64,000 nt of DNA from Mobula hypostoma (Eukaryota), in contig NC_086097.1 of NCBI RefSeq assembly GCF_963921235.1, positions 163,620,001-163,684,000 on the forward strand, given 5' to 3'. How positions within the stretch are numbered: position 1 is the stretch's first letter; each line of letters begins with the position of its first letter. Shown here piece after piece: positions 39,121 through 51,050 of the stretch. Under the pieces are notes generated by a model, which ran no database searches, was not told the origin of the DNA, and was given only the letters and a program-made list of their open reading frames with translations. A program made the position numbers and the translations under genes.

Positions 39121-40181
39121 ACTTTATACCTCTATAACAGCACTTCCTTCGCCAGTTCTTGATTAACTACATGAGGAGCTACAATTTGGAGCATCCAGCC
39201 ACAGTTCCGTCTGCAGATGTTGCTTTGTTCCATAACATTATAACATAAGGGAATTCATGGAGATGTCTGATAGTTTTTAGTGAAGGAAAGAGAGGGCAGC
39301 TTGGTGGATCTCCAGATTGGTTACAGGAACAATCTTGGAAGCAAAAAATGACCCAGTCAAAACTTACTTTAAAAATGTGACAGGGCAGAATTTCCATTAT
39401 TTAGTAAGTGCTTGCTACTGAACTGGTCCATCCTTGACAGTGTGCTCAACTACAGTACAAGTTATTTTTCTTGATGCATTCTTTCTAGTTATCTGAACAG
39501 TGACTCAAGTTTTGTCATATCCTCAATCAGCCTCATAACAAATCACACTCTGGTTAGAAGGCAGGAAATCAGTATTATTAAACAAGACTCCATAGAGATG
39601 AAACTATTAGCAAGATTTCTCAGAGATGAGCCTTGCTTGTTAGCAAGGGAATCACAAAAAAGACTCAGTACAAATGTTTTCTCACAGCTCAACAACTCAT
39701 GCAGCACAGCTTTGAAAAACAAATGAACGACTTGCTAATTAGCAATCACAGTTTTGGATAAAAGAACAAAGCAAATTAATTTCCATCAAACCTCATGCTA
39801 TTCCGCTGTTCAGACAATTAGTAAAGAAAATTTCTTGTCAGAGATCAGGCTTTTTCTATCATTTTAATACCCTAACATATGAATGTGTGATTATTTCTAG
39901 CATAAGTTTGTTAGTATTAATACTTAGCCATTCATTGAAGAAAGTAAGTCTAAGAGGAAGTGTGGTATAAGTGTTTAGAATTCTGAAAGGAATTCAATAT
40001 GAAGTAAGTTATTGAACTAGAACAGTAAATACAGAGCTCAAGGACACTGCTGTAATATATGCACACTTAAGGCAAGGTAATATATTTTACCCCATAACGA
40101 ATCATAAATATGTGGAAGAGGTATTCGGGAAAGGTACTTGATTGAATGAATACTTTTCAAAAAGGATTGCAATCAATAAAC

Positions 40182-40324
40182 ACAAGATTCTGTAGATGCT
40201 GGACATCTTGAACAACACATGCAAAATTATAAAGGAACTCAGTAAGTCTGGCAGTATCAATGGAAGGAAAGGAACAGTCAACATTTTGGGCAGAGACCCT
40301 TCATCAGGACTCTAAAGGAAGGAG
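40182..40324 (-). mobile_element. Short solitary Penelope-like pLTR with degenerate hammerhead
   Basis: cagtcaacattttgggcagagacccttcatcaggact; TSD gcaatcaataaac (40169-40181) / gcagtcaataaac (40325-40337). Confidence 0.75.
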
Positions 40325-40635
40325 GCAGTCAATAAACGCTGCGTCATCTTTCAAATATGTGTGATGGATATTCACTGTTCAAGGCCAGCAGGGCCTTCCT
40401 TTTGCACCAAGCTCACTTTTCTAACATAGCAGCTGAAACTTCTAGAGATCAAAAGGTTGTTTTTGAATAAGGTAAACTTCCAGCTAATATTCTTTTTCAG
40501 CTTCTTGTCGTAAATGGGAACAAGTCTTCAGTTCTTAATATAAATGGTAAGCAATAAGTAGTCTGAAGTTAAAAGGACAGCTTTGCAAACAGACACACAA
40601 TCTACAGAATACAGGATGCTTGTTCACAGCGTCTG

Positions 40636-41181
40636 TGTTGTACCGTGGTCGAAATCACCAGAGAGACAGAGCCACTGGTAGATACAAAGCAGCTTCTTTG
40701 TTCGACACAACAAGGTACAGCAGGCATTATACGGACGGAGACACTTTCGGTGGAAAGGTCTGCTAGCCCAATGTGCACCGATATTTATATGCTAAACACA
40801 AAGGCAATCGCTACTTAAAAAGTTATAGACAATACATAGAAAATGCTTCTTATTGAAGCTACATACAAAATATCACACCACCTAACTTCATCCTTTCCTT
40901 CCGACGCCAACATGTCTGGGTTGGTATCCACAGCCTTTAGGAATTCAATTAAATGCACAATACATTTATTTGGCATTTTACGTGCTAACGTTGAAGACAA
41001 TATTTATAATGCATAGATAATACTGTCTTTGAAACTACAGCATCTGGTATTCACACCTTTTTAGTAAGTGCATTGCTGTGGACTCAATCCACAGTACTTT
41101 GTCAAATAGTCAAATAGAATTCTGGTGGCCAAAGTCATTTAAGTGTAAACAAATCATCTACCCAAAAAACTCACTCTAACA
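40636..41181. mobile_element. Probable solo LTR
   Basis: TGTT...AACA termini; flanks gtctg / gtctt (5-bp TSD with one mismatch). Confidence 0.5.
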
Positions 41182-42619
41182 GTCTTGAATGACTTCTCAT
41201 GAGCTGCAGTGTAAGACAATAGGCCTATTTAATTGGGCTTCTTTCAAACCAGAAAATGTGGCTAAATTATTTAGTTCAAGAAAGCTTGCAGACTAAATTG
41301 TTATTATCATTTAGCACATCAAGGAGCTGATCTGTTAATATTTGAAGGTTTGTGTGCTCACATTCGGCTTCTCAGCATTATTTGGGATCTCTGTCTCGAG
41401 AGGTTTTGACTGTTTGTGTAAAAAGATATCGTAAAAATATCATATGTGCGAAGTCACCCAAATGGCAGAAAAGCAGTAGAAAAGGTAGACAGCAATTTGG
41501 CTTATTTGGAATGGTCAAGAAACAGCAAGAACAATGACAGTAAGGCCGGGGACAAGATTCCATTCCTCTGCCTTTGATTTCTGTGACAGACAATTCATTC
41601 AAATGTAACTCATTGATATATCTTTTTAGCTTATAGGAATTGTACCTGCATTTTGGAAATCCTTAGTGTTTTAGAAAGTGTTTGTAATTTGGAAATCTTT
41701 CTTAAGATAGAAAGCCTATGTGAGTTTTAAATGTGTTTTAGGAATTTTGTCTGGATTTAAACTTGTATCACTAAAAATAAATAAGCTGTTTTAACTACTT
41801 TGTTAGCAACAAGTATCTTAGCCTTGTTAGCAAGAGGGGATCCACTGCTCAAATAGTGGGCGCTGCAGCTAAACCCACTGCAGAGAATAGACGGGGAAGT
41901 GAACTAGTCTTTGAGGAGTAGGTAACTACAGTATAACCTCCCTTTCGTGAGGGGTTATGCGTATTGGATAGGGCTTAAGTTCTTTGTTAAAGTTTAGAAC
42001 TTTGTGGTTATCAAACCCAATGCCATCACATGTGGGTAGGTTTTCTGTCTGAGTTCTTTTGAGATCATTGCCAATGGGCGCTGGATTGACCTGGACAAAA
42101 GAACACTGGAGGCAAATGGGACATAGTTTCTTTCCTATTTATGCTTTAGGGATCTGGGGGTGAAGCACTCCTCTCCCATCCTTTGACCTGCTCTTGTTTC
42201 TGCAGTATTTTTGTGACTAACCTGGTTACCTCTCTGGTGAGATGATAATGGAATTAAACAATAAGGAATCATACTTAGTGGCTTGTGTGCTGTGGATGAG
42301 TTTTGCTCTTGACAAGAATAGATAAAATTCAGATAGTGCAGACATGAACAGATTTGTTGTCTCAGAAGCTGAGGATGTAATAGAATGGTGTAGGAATCCC
42401 ACCTTGAAATCATACACAGAGACAACACACAAACACGCCCTTTGATACACTGAGTCTGTGCCAAACATTAAGCAACCATTTACACTAATCCTACCTAAAC
42501 ATTTTTTATTCTCCCTAAACTCCCAAAGACTCCCCCTAGATTCTACTGCACATTGACATACAAGAGACAATTTATAATAGCTAATCAACCTACCAACTTA
42601 TACATTTGCAACTGTAACC

Positions 42620-42770
42620 CCTATCTTCTTATTCTGGTTTCTACTGCCTTCTTTTTCCAGTCCTGATGAAGGTGCTTGGTCCAAAATATTGACTGCTTAT
42701 TCCCCTCCATAGATGGTGCCTAACTTATTGAATTCCCCCAGCAGTTTGGGTGTGTTGCATTTGCAACTGA
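42620..42770 (+). mobile_element. Degenerate Penelope-like pLTR fragment
   Basis: ccagtcctgatgaaggtgcttggtccaaaatattgactg (hammerhead with GAAA lost). Confidence 0.6.
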
Positions 42771-43084
42771 AGTATTGCAAAAAGAAACACTGAAGTTCAA
42801 TAATTGAATAACTGAAAGAGGTAGAATTAAGAGTACGAGGACATGACTTCATCACCAGGAAGGAGATGTGAAAGGGATGCTTGTTTCTCAAGTCTGATAG
42901 CAGTTAGAAAGAAGCAATTCTTAAATCTGGATGTTCGAACATTTGAGCTCCTGAAGAAAGAAAAGAAAATGGCCATGCTGGCAAATATCCTTGACAATAC
43001 TATTAGCCTTCTTGAATCAGTGCACTGTGAAGATGGACTTGATGGAAGGAAGTAACAAGCTTCTGATTGACAAATCTAACTCTC

Positions 43085-45930
43085 AAAATGCTGGAGGAAC
43101 TTAGCAGGCCAGGCAGTATCTATGGAAAAGAGTACAGTCGATGTTTCGGGCTGTGACCCTGTATCAGGGGTGGCTCTGTTGGTGAGGAATGAAATTCAGT
43201 CCCTTGCGAGGGGGGACATAGAATCAGGAGATATAGAATCAGTATGGATAGAGCTGAGAAATTGTAAGGGCAAAAAGACCCTAATGGGAGTTATCTACAG
43301 GCCCCTTAACAGTAGCCTGGATATAGGGTGCAAGTTGAATCAAGAGTTAAAATCGGCATGTCGCCAAGGTAATGCTACAGTTGTTATGGGGGATTTCAAC
43401 ATGCAGGTAGACTGGGAAAATCAGGTTGGTACTGAGCCCCAAGAAAGGGAGTTTGTGGAGTGACTCCGAGATGGATTCTTAGAGCAGCTTGTACTGGAGC
43501 CTAGAAGAGAGAAGGCAATTCTGGATTAGGTGTTGTGTAATGAACTGGATTTGATAAGGGAATTTGAGGTAAAGGAGCCATTAGGAAATAGTGACCATAA
43601 TATGATAAGTTTTAATCTGCAATTTGAGAGCGAGAAGGGAAAATCAGAAGGTCAATATTACAGTTGAACAAAGGGAACTATGGTGCTATGTGGGAGGAGC
43701 TGGCCAAAGTTCAATGGAACAATACCCTAGCAGGGATGACAGTGGAACAGCAATGGCAAGTGTTTCTGGGAATAACACAGAAGGTGCAGGATCAGTTCAT
43801 TCCAAAGAGGAAGAAAGATTCTAAGGGGAGTAAGGGGAGGCCGTGGCTGACAAGGGAAGTCAAGGACTGTATAAAAATAAAAGAGAAGAAGTATAACCTC
43901 GCAAAGATGAGCAGGGAGCCAGAGGATTGGGAAACTTTTAAGGAGCAACAGAAGATAATTAAAAAGGCAATACGGGGAGAAAAGATGAGATACGAAGGTA
44001 AGCTAGCCAAGAATATAAAGAAGGATTGTAAAAGCTTCTTTAGGTATGTGAAGAGGAAAAAATTATTTAAGACCAAAGTTGGGCCCTTGAAGACAGAAAT
44101 GGGTGAATTTATTATGGGGAACAAGGAAATGGCAAACGAGTTGAACAGGTACTTTGGATCTGTCTTCACTAGGGAAGATACAAACAATCTCCCAGATGTA
44201 ATAGTGGCCAGAGGACCTAGGGTAACGGAGGAACTGAAGGAGATTCACATTAGGCAGAAAATGATGTTGGATAGACTGATGGGATTGAAGGCTGATAAAT
44301 CCCCAGGGCCTGATGGTCTGCATCCCAGAGTACTTAAGGAGGTGGCTCTAGAAATCGTGGATGCATTGGTAATCATTTTCCAATGTTCTATAGATTCAGG
44401 ATCAGTTCCTGAGGACTGGAGGGTAGCTAATGTTATCCCACTTTTTAAGAAAAGAGGGAGAGAGAAAACAAGGAATTGTAGACCAGTTAGCCTGACATCA
44501 GTGGTGGGGAAGATGCTGGATTCAATTATAAAAGATGAAACAGTGGCACATTTAGATAGCAGTAACAGGATCGGTCTGAGTCAGCATGGACTTAAGAAGG
44601 GGAGATCATGCTTGACTAATCTTCTGGAATTTTTGAGGATGTAACTATGAAAATGAACAAGGGAGAGCCAGTGGATGTAGTGTACCTGGAGTTTCAGAAA
44701 GCCTTTGATAAGGTCCCACATAGGAGATTAGTGGGCAAAATTAGAGCAAATAGTATTGGGGGTAGGGTACTGACATGGATAAAAAATTGGTTGGCAGACA
44801 GGAAACAGAGTAGGGATTAACGGGTCCCTTTCAGAATGGCAGGCGGTGACTAGTGGGGTACTGCAAGGCTCAGTGCTTAGACCGCAGCTATTTACAATAT
44901 ACATTAATAATTTAGATGAAGGGATTAAAAGTAATATTAGCAAATTTGTAGATGACACAAAGCTGGGTGGCAGTGTGAAATGTGAGGAGGATGTGATGAG
45001 AATGCAGAATGATTTGGACAGGTTGGGTGAGTGGGCAGATGCATGGCAGATGCAGTTTAATGTGGGTAAGTATGAAGTTATCCACTTTGGTGGCAAGAAC
45101 AGGAAGGCAGATTACTATCTGAATGGTGTCAAGTTAGGAAAAGGGGGAGTACAACGAGATCTAGGTGTCCCTGTTCATCAGTCACTGAAAGTAAGCATGC
45201 AGGTACAGCAGGCAGTGAAGAAAGCTAATGGCATGTTGGCCTTCATAACAAGGGGAGTTGAGTATAGGAGCAAAGAGATCCTTCTGCAGTTGTACAGGGC
45301 CCTGGTGAGACCACACCTGGAGTACTGTGTGCAGTTTTTGGTCTCCAAATTTGAGGAAGGACATTCTTGCTATTGAGGGAGTGCAGCGTAGGTTCACGAG
45401 GTTAATTCACAGGATGGCGGGACTGTCATATGTTGAAAGATTGGAGTGATTGGGCTTGTATACACTGGAATCTAGAAGGATGAGAAGGGATCTTATTGAA
45501 ACATATAAGATTATTAAGGGATTGGACACGCTGGAGGCAGGAAGCATATTCTCGATGTTGGGGGAGTCCAGAACCAGAGGCCACAGTTTGAGAATAAGAA
45601 CGGCCATTTAGAACGGAGTTGAGGAAGAACTTTTTCACCCATAGAGTTGTAGATCTGTGGAATGCTCTGCCTCAGAAGGCAGTGGAGGCCAATTCTCTGG
45701 ATGCTTTCAAGAAAGAGTTAGATAGAGCTCTCAAAGATAGCGGAGTCAAGGGATATGGGGAGAAGGCAAGAATGGGGTACTGATTGTGGATGATCAGCCA
45801 TGATCACAGTGAATGGTGGTGCTGGCTCAAAGGGCCGAATGGTCTACTCCTGCACCTATTGTCTATTGTCTATTGCCTGGCCTGCTGTGTTGCTTCGATT
45901 TCTAGCATCTGCAGATTTTCTCTTGTTTAA
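43085..45930. mobile_element. Penelope-like fold-back split by a CR1 insertion
   Basis: Minus arm 43085-43167 ends inside the hammerhead; plus arm resumes ~45875 (cctggcctgctg..tttctagcatctgcagattttctcttgttt); possible TSD taactctc. Confidence 0.65.
43167..45875 (+). mobile_element. 5'-truncated CR1 LINE, ORF2 (APE endonuclease + RT) with stops and frameshifts
   Basis: GVALLVR..GVIYRP..VMGDFN; KSPGPDGLHPRVLKE; GVLQGSVL..FVDDTKL; tail (ctattgt)n. Confidence 0.95.
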
Positions 45931-46919
45931 GTTAACTCTCTGCAGGTTCAGTTGATCAATAGTGGAGCAGTTGTCATACCAGGCTGAAATGCAAATCATC
46001 AGGATATTTTCTGTTTTCAGCAGTTCTGACAAAAATTTCTTCAACCTGAAACATAGACTGTTTCTATTTCCACAAATGCTGAGCTTTCCAGCATTTTCAG
46101 ACTCCTGTTGATGACATTTGATGGACCTTATATCACTTTGCTGACAATTGAGTGAAAATTATTTCATGCAGGGGTAACAGGATTGAGTTTTTTCTTAACT
46201 ATCCTTGTTACTGCATTCTAATCTGCATTTGTGCTTTTTTTTGCCTAAAGTTTACAAACCATTTTTAGGTTAAATTATATGATGCAGTCAAATTTACATA
46301 TGAGTTCTGGATGAATCAGAAAGCTAATTTTGAAGTATTTTTTGATTTTTTTTCTAATTTAAATTTGGGTATTAGGTCATGTTCTGATTGGGTTGTGAAG
46401 ACTTTCATATTAATTACTAATCATAGTGTGGCCTCTGCTTGTTTTGATGGTAGCTAATCAAGAAGCCCACTGATTAAATCTGGCAGGAGCAGGTTTAGAC
46501 AAGGAGGTCAAATATGCATCCAATTTTCTGCTCTGGGTGGGTGATGACAATCAGATTGGTACAGACTGAGGTCTAAGCCATCCTGACCAAGGTGGCAAAG
46601 GTATGAATTTTAGCATTATCCTACAAGTTTCATGTGGATAACTTCGGGACCCTAAAAAGAGTCTTAGCCTTTTTAAGGCTAAGCTCAAAGCATGGGGTGT
46701 GAAGCAAAAAATGGCAGGAAGCAGTGTGAAATGTGAGGAGAAAAAGTAGTAAATCTTCATTTTAAACAAAATGTCATAGAAGATTTCAATGGTGGCTCTG
46801 TGACAAGTGTGCCAAAATGGTGAAACCTATTGAAGTCAGTTATTCAACTAAGCTGGGATAAGTGCTAGGTGCTTGGTACCAAGTCCCTCCAATTTGTTAA
46901 TGTATCATCAGAGTGGAAA

Positions 46920-47388
46920 AACCATAATACTCTAAGATATTGAGCAGAATTAGGCCATTTGGCCCATTATGTATGCTCTGCCAGTTCAAAGTGGCTGATC
47001 CACTTTTCCTCTCACCCTCCATCTCCTGTCTTTCCTCTGTATCCCTTCATGCCCTGACTAATCAAGAATATATCAACCTCTCTCTTAAATATACCCAATG
47101 ACTTGGTTTCCACAGCCACCACTGGCAATGAATTCCACAGATTCACCACTCTCTGGCTAAAGAAATTCCCCCTCATCTCCCTTCAAAATGGATGTCACTC
47201 TATTCTGAAGCTGTGTCCTATGGTCTTAGACTTCCCCATCATAGGAAACATCCTCTCCACATCCACTTTGTAGAGGCCTTTAACCTTTCGATAGGTTTCA
47301 ATGATATTCCCCTTCATTCTTCTGAATTCCAGTGAGTACAGACTCAGAGCTATCAAATGCTCCTCATATGGTAAGCCTTTCAATCCCA
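46920..47388 (-). mobile_element. CR1 LINE 3' fragment
   Basis: LYSLEFRRMKGNIIETY..VDVERMFP on the minus strand. Confidence 0.8.
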
Positions 47389-47389
47389 G

Positions 47390-48410
47390 AACTTCCAAGT
47401 TGCTGAGGAAAGAAAGGGAGGAAATTGCAGAGGCTCTGCCCATAATTTATCTGGTGGTGCCTGAGGATTGGAAAATTGGAAATTTAACACACTTGCCCAA
47501 AAATGGGGTGAACAATCGGGTGATCACAAAGTGAATTTTGACTTTTCCACCTTTCCTTTTAATCAGATATTGCCAAATTGAATTTGGATAAAAAGGTTCC
47601 AACTTCCAACTTTGCAGATGTAACAGGATTTGGTAATGCAGCAAATTGTGAAGAGGGTAGTAATTGAACTCAAGTTGATGTAAATAAGCTGGTGGAATGA
47701 GTAAATGGGTGGCAGGTGAAAACAATTCTGAAATTTGTGAGGTGTTGCACCTTGGGAAGAAAATATGAAGAACCAACATATACTGGGATGTGCAATTCTA
47801 AAATAGCACCTATGGATACAAGAGTGGAGTGATTTTGTGTATATATGTCTTGTTTGTTAAAAAATTGTCTGGTGATCAGAAAAAGCGTTCATGATCCTGA
47901 TCTTTATAGGGAGTTATATAGAACACAAGAGTATGAAGTGAGAATACTTTATCTAATTCTGAGAATCACATTTTGAAAATAGTGTGAAGGCTTTGGAGGA
48001 GGTACAGAAGTACTTTACAACATTGATTCTGGGGCTGAGGGACTTAATTTATCTGGAAACAGTGTGCTATTATTTTTGGAACGGAGGTGGTAGTTGTGAA
48101 GGGACCTGGTGGGGTATTTCAAATCATAAAAGGTCTAGAGGGAGTAGTTGGAGAGAAATTCTTTCCATTGGCTGAGTGGTCAAGAAAAAAGACGAAATAA
48201 TCAAGGTGATTATCAAAAGAACCAAAAGTGATGTGATTTTTTTCTTCGCACAGTGAGTGATGCTGGGGATGGGGAATGCACTGCCATTGGAGGAATAGTG
48301 CGAGAATATGCGGATGTGGGATAGATTGGCTTTGCAAAGAGTGGGACCCACAAGATTTCTCTTAGAATCTTTACAGATTATGTGGGCTGAATGGCTTTCT
48401 ACCAAGCTGT
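47390..48410 (+). mobile_element. Highly degraded CR1 LINE fragment
   Basis: REEIAEAL..VPEDWKI; tgtgaggtgttgcaccttgg; CR1-like tail. Confidence 0.55.
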
Positions 48411-48717
48411 AATCATTTCTGTGAAAGTTACCAGCAATAGATCAGCGGTCCCTCCACCTGGCAGGTTCCTTGAATCTGAAATGAGATTCAAGATGTCAAC
48501 CTTGTAAATTACTCATTCATTACACCACAAGATCAAACTGGAGGTTAATTGAACCAGCACCTGAGGGTAGAGTTTCTCTTTAGCAGGTGCAGTGTTCTAT
48601 GCAGAAGTCATAAATTTTTCTGCATAGTTTCAGGTGACTTCACTGTAATTGAGAAGAAGGAGTGTGGGTCTTGTTACAGCTGGCTCAGGATTCTGTTTTC
48701 ATGTCAGCGTCAGCCTA

Positions 48718-50500
48718 TCAGAATCAGAATCAAGTTTATTATCACTGGCATGTGACATGAAATTTGTTAACTTAGAGCAGCAGTTCAATGCAATACATAA
48801 TCTAGCAGAGAAAAAAAAATAAAAATAATAAATAAACAAGTAAATCAATTATGTATATTGAATAGATTTTAAAAACATGCAAAAACAGAAATACTGTATA
48901 TTTTTTAAAAAATGAGGTAGTGTTCAAAGATTCAATGTCCATTTAGGAATCGGATGGCAGAGGGGAAGAGGCTGTTTCTGAATCGCTGAATGTGTGCCTT
49001 CAGGCTTCTGTACCTCCTCCCTCGGCGGTCCCCAGGTACCGGGCCGCGAGGAAGCGATATGATTTGGCGATAGGAGCAGCTGCACCTTTCCTCATTCCCG
49101 GTCACGCCCACTGTTGAGCTTGAACGCACGTGAGGTCATTAACAGCGCGTCATCCATGTCAGCGCGGGAAGGAGATCAACTCCTCGAGTTTGCAAAAGTC
49201 GGTGGACTGAAAAGTATGTTTGACATAACATCTCTGCCAGCATTCTGGATCAAAGTCAAGGCTAAATATCCTGAGATAGCCACGAAAGCAGTGAAAACGT
49301 TGCTTCCATTTCCAACATATCTCTGCAATGAATGCAACGAAAACTAAATTGCGGAATAGACTGGATATAAGGAACCCCCTTCGAGTATTGCTGTCTCCCA
49401 TCGCCCCTCGATGGGACCGTCTTGTTGCAGGAAAACAAGCCCAGGGCTCCCACTGATTCAGCGATATTGGTGTGTTGCAATGATTTTATATGTTCATACA
49501 GGGAAAATATGTGCCGTGTGTTTAATATCCAAACATTACTTAAAATGTTATGATGCTATTGACTGATAAGTGACTTATATAACCGTATAACAATTACAAC
49601 ACGGAAATAGGCGATCTCGGCCCTTTTAGTCGGGGCCGAACGCTACTTTCATCTAGTCCCACCGACCTGCACTCAGCCCATACCCCTCCATTCCTTTCCT
49701 GTCCATATACCTATCCATTTTTTCTTTAAATAATATCGAACCTGCCTCTACCACTTCTACTGGAAGTTCTTTCAGCACTTACTTCAAGCTCTCCGTCCTC
49801 CCCTGATGATTGACTTATCACTATATTCATGCGAGGAAAATATGCGCCGTGTGTTTAATATTAAATTCGTTAGGTAAACCCTTTTAGAAACGAAATTGAG
49901 TGTATTAGCCCCTTATGACTGATATTCCGGTTGTGATTAACAACCCCCCGCCCCCCCGAACAGAATCGCCAAAAAAGATTGATGGAGAATAATATCGGCA
50001 GGTACAATCATGCGCAGGTCACGCATGCGCACTGGTTCCCGCGCAAGGCTTCATGGTCATTGTAGTCTCTTGAGGGTAAACACAACGTATTTTTGGACTG
50101 CTACTCTTGTCCGTTGGCAACCCTACGCCCCCGCCCCCCCCCCCCCCGGGTCGGCCGGTCCGCAAGAATATTCTCAGGATTAAACTGGTCCACAGCGCAA
50201 AAAAGGTTGGGGACCCCTGTCTTACCTGATGGTAACAGTGAGAAAAGGACATGCCCTGGGTGCTGGAAGTCCTCAATATTGGACTCTGCCTTTCTGAGAC
50301 ACCGCTCCTTGAAGATGTCCTGGGTACTTTGTAGGCTAGTACCCAAGATGGAGCTGACTAGATTTATAACCTTCTGCAGCTTCTTTCGGTCCTGTGCAGT
50401 AACCCCTCTATACCAGACAGTGATACAGCCTGTCAGAATGCTCTCCACAGTAAAACTATAGAAGTGTTTGAGTATATTTGTTGACATGCAAAATCTCTTC
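48718..50500 (-). mobile_element. Rex1/Babar-like LINE 3' fragment interrupted by a Charlie-like hAT
   Basis: FTVESILTGCITVWY..DRKKLQKV..HPGHVLFSLLPSG, then RRYRSLKAHIQRFRNSLFPSAIRFLN across the insertion; (gattct)n tail. Confidence 0.85.
49023..50219 (+). mobile_element. hAT Charlie/Buster-like non-autonomous transposon (same family as 9470-10295)
   Basis: TIR cggcggtcccca / ggttggggacccctg; 8-bp TSD tcctccct / tcttacct; ORF AFWIKVKAKYPEIATKAVKTLLPFPTYLC. Confidence 0.9.
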
Positions 50501-50589
50501 ACTGGGCCACAATGATAAGAAAGGGGGCTTAATGGTTCATATGTTTTAAATCCCTTTTTAGCTCTACCAGTGGACATGCTCTTTCAAAG

Positions 50590-51050
50590 ATCAAAGTAAA
50601 ATTTTAATCAAAGTACATTTATGTCACCATATACAACCCTGAGATTTATTTTCTTGTGGGCATTCACAGTAAATACCAGAACCACAGTAGAATCAATGAA
50701 AGACTGCATCCAATGAAAGACAACAGCTGTGCAAATAAAAAAGAGAAAAATATAATAAGTAAACAGTAAATATTGAGAACATTAGATGAAGAGTCCTTGA
50801 AACTTGGGTCCATAAGTTGTAGGAACAGTTTAGTGATGTTATCCCCTCTGGTTCAACAACTGTTCCTGAACCTGCTGGTATGGGTCCTGAGGCTCCTGTA
50901 CCCAGTTCCTGATGGCAGCAGCAAGAAGAGAGCACGGCCTGGGTAGTTAGGTACCTCGATGATGGATGCTGCTTTCGTGCGACAGTGCTTCGTGTAGCTG
51001 TGTTGAATGGAGGATAGGGCTTTACCAGTGATGGACTGGGCTGTATTCAC
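50590..51050 (-). mobile_element. Rex1/Babar-like LINE 3' fragment
   Basis: NTAQSITG..KAASII..PGRALFLLLPSGTGYRSLRTHTSRFRNS. Confidence 0.75.
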
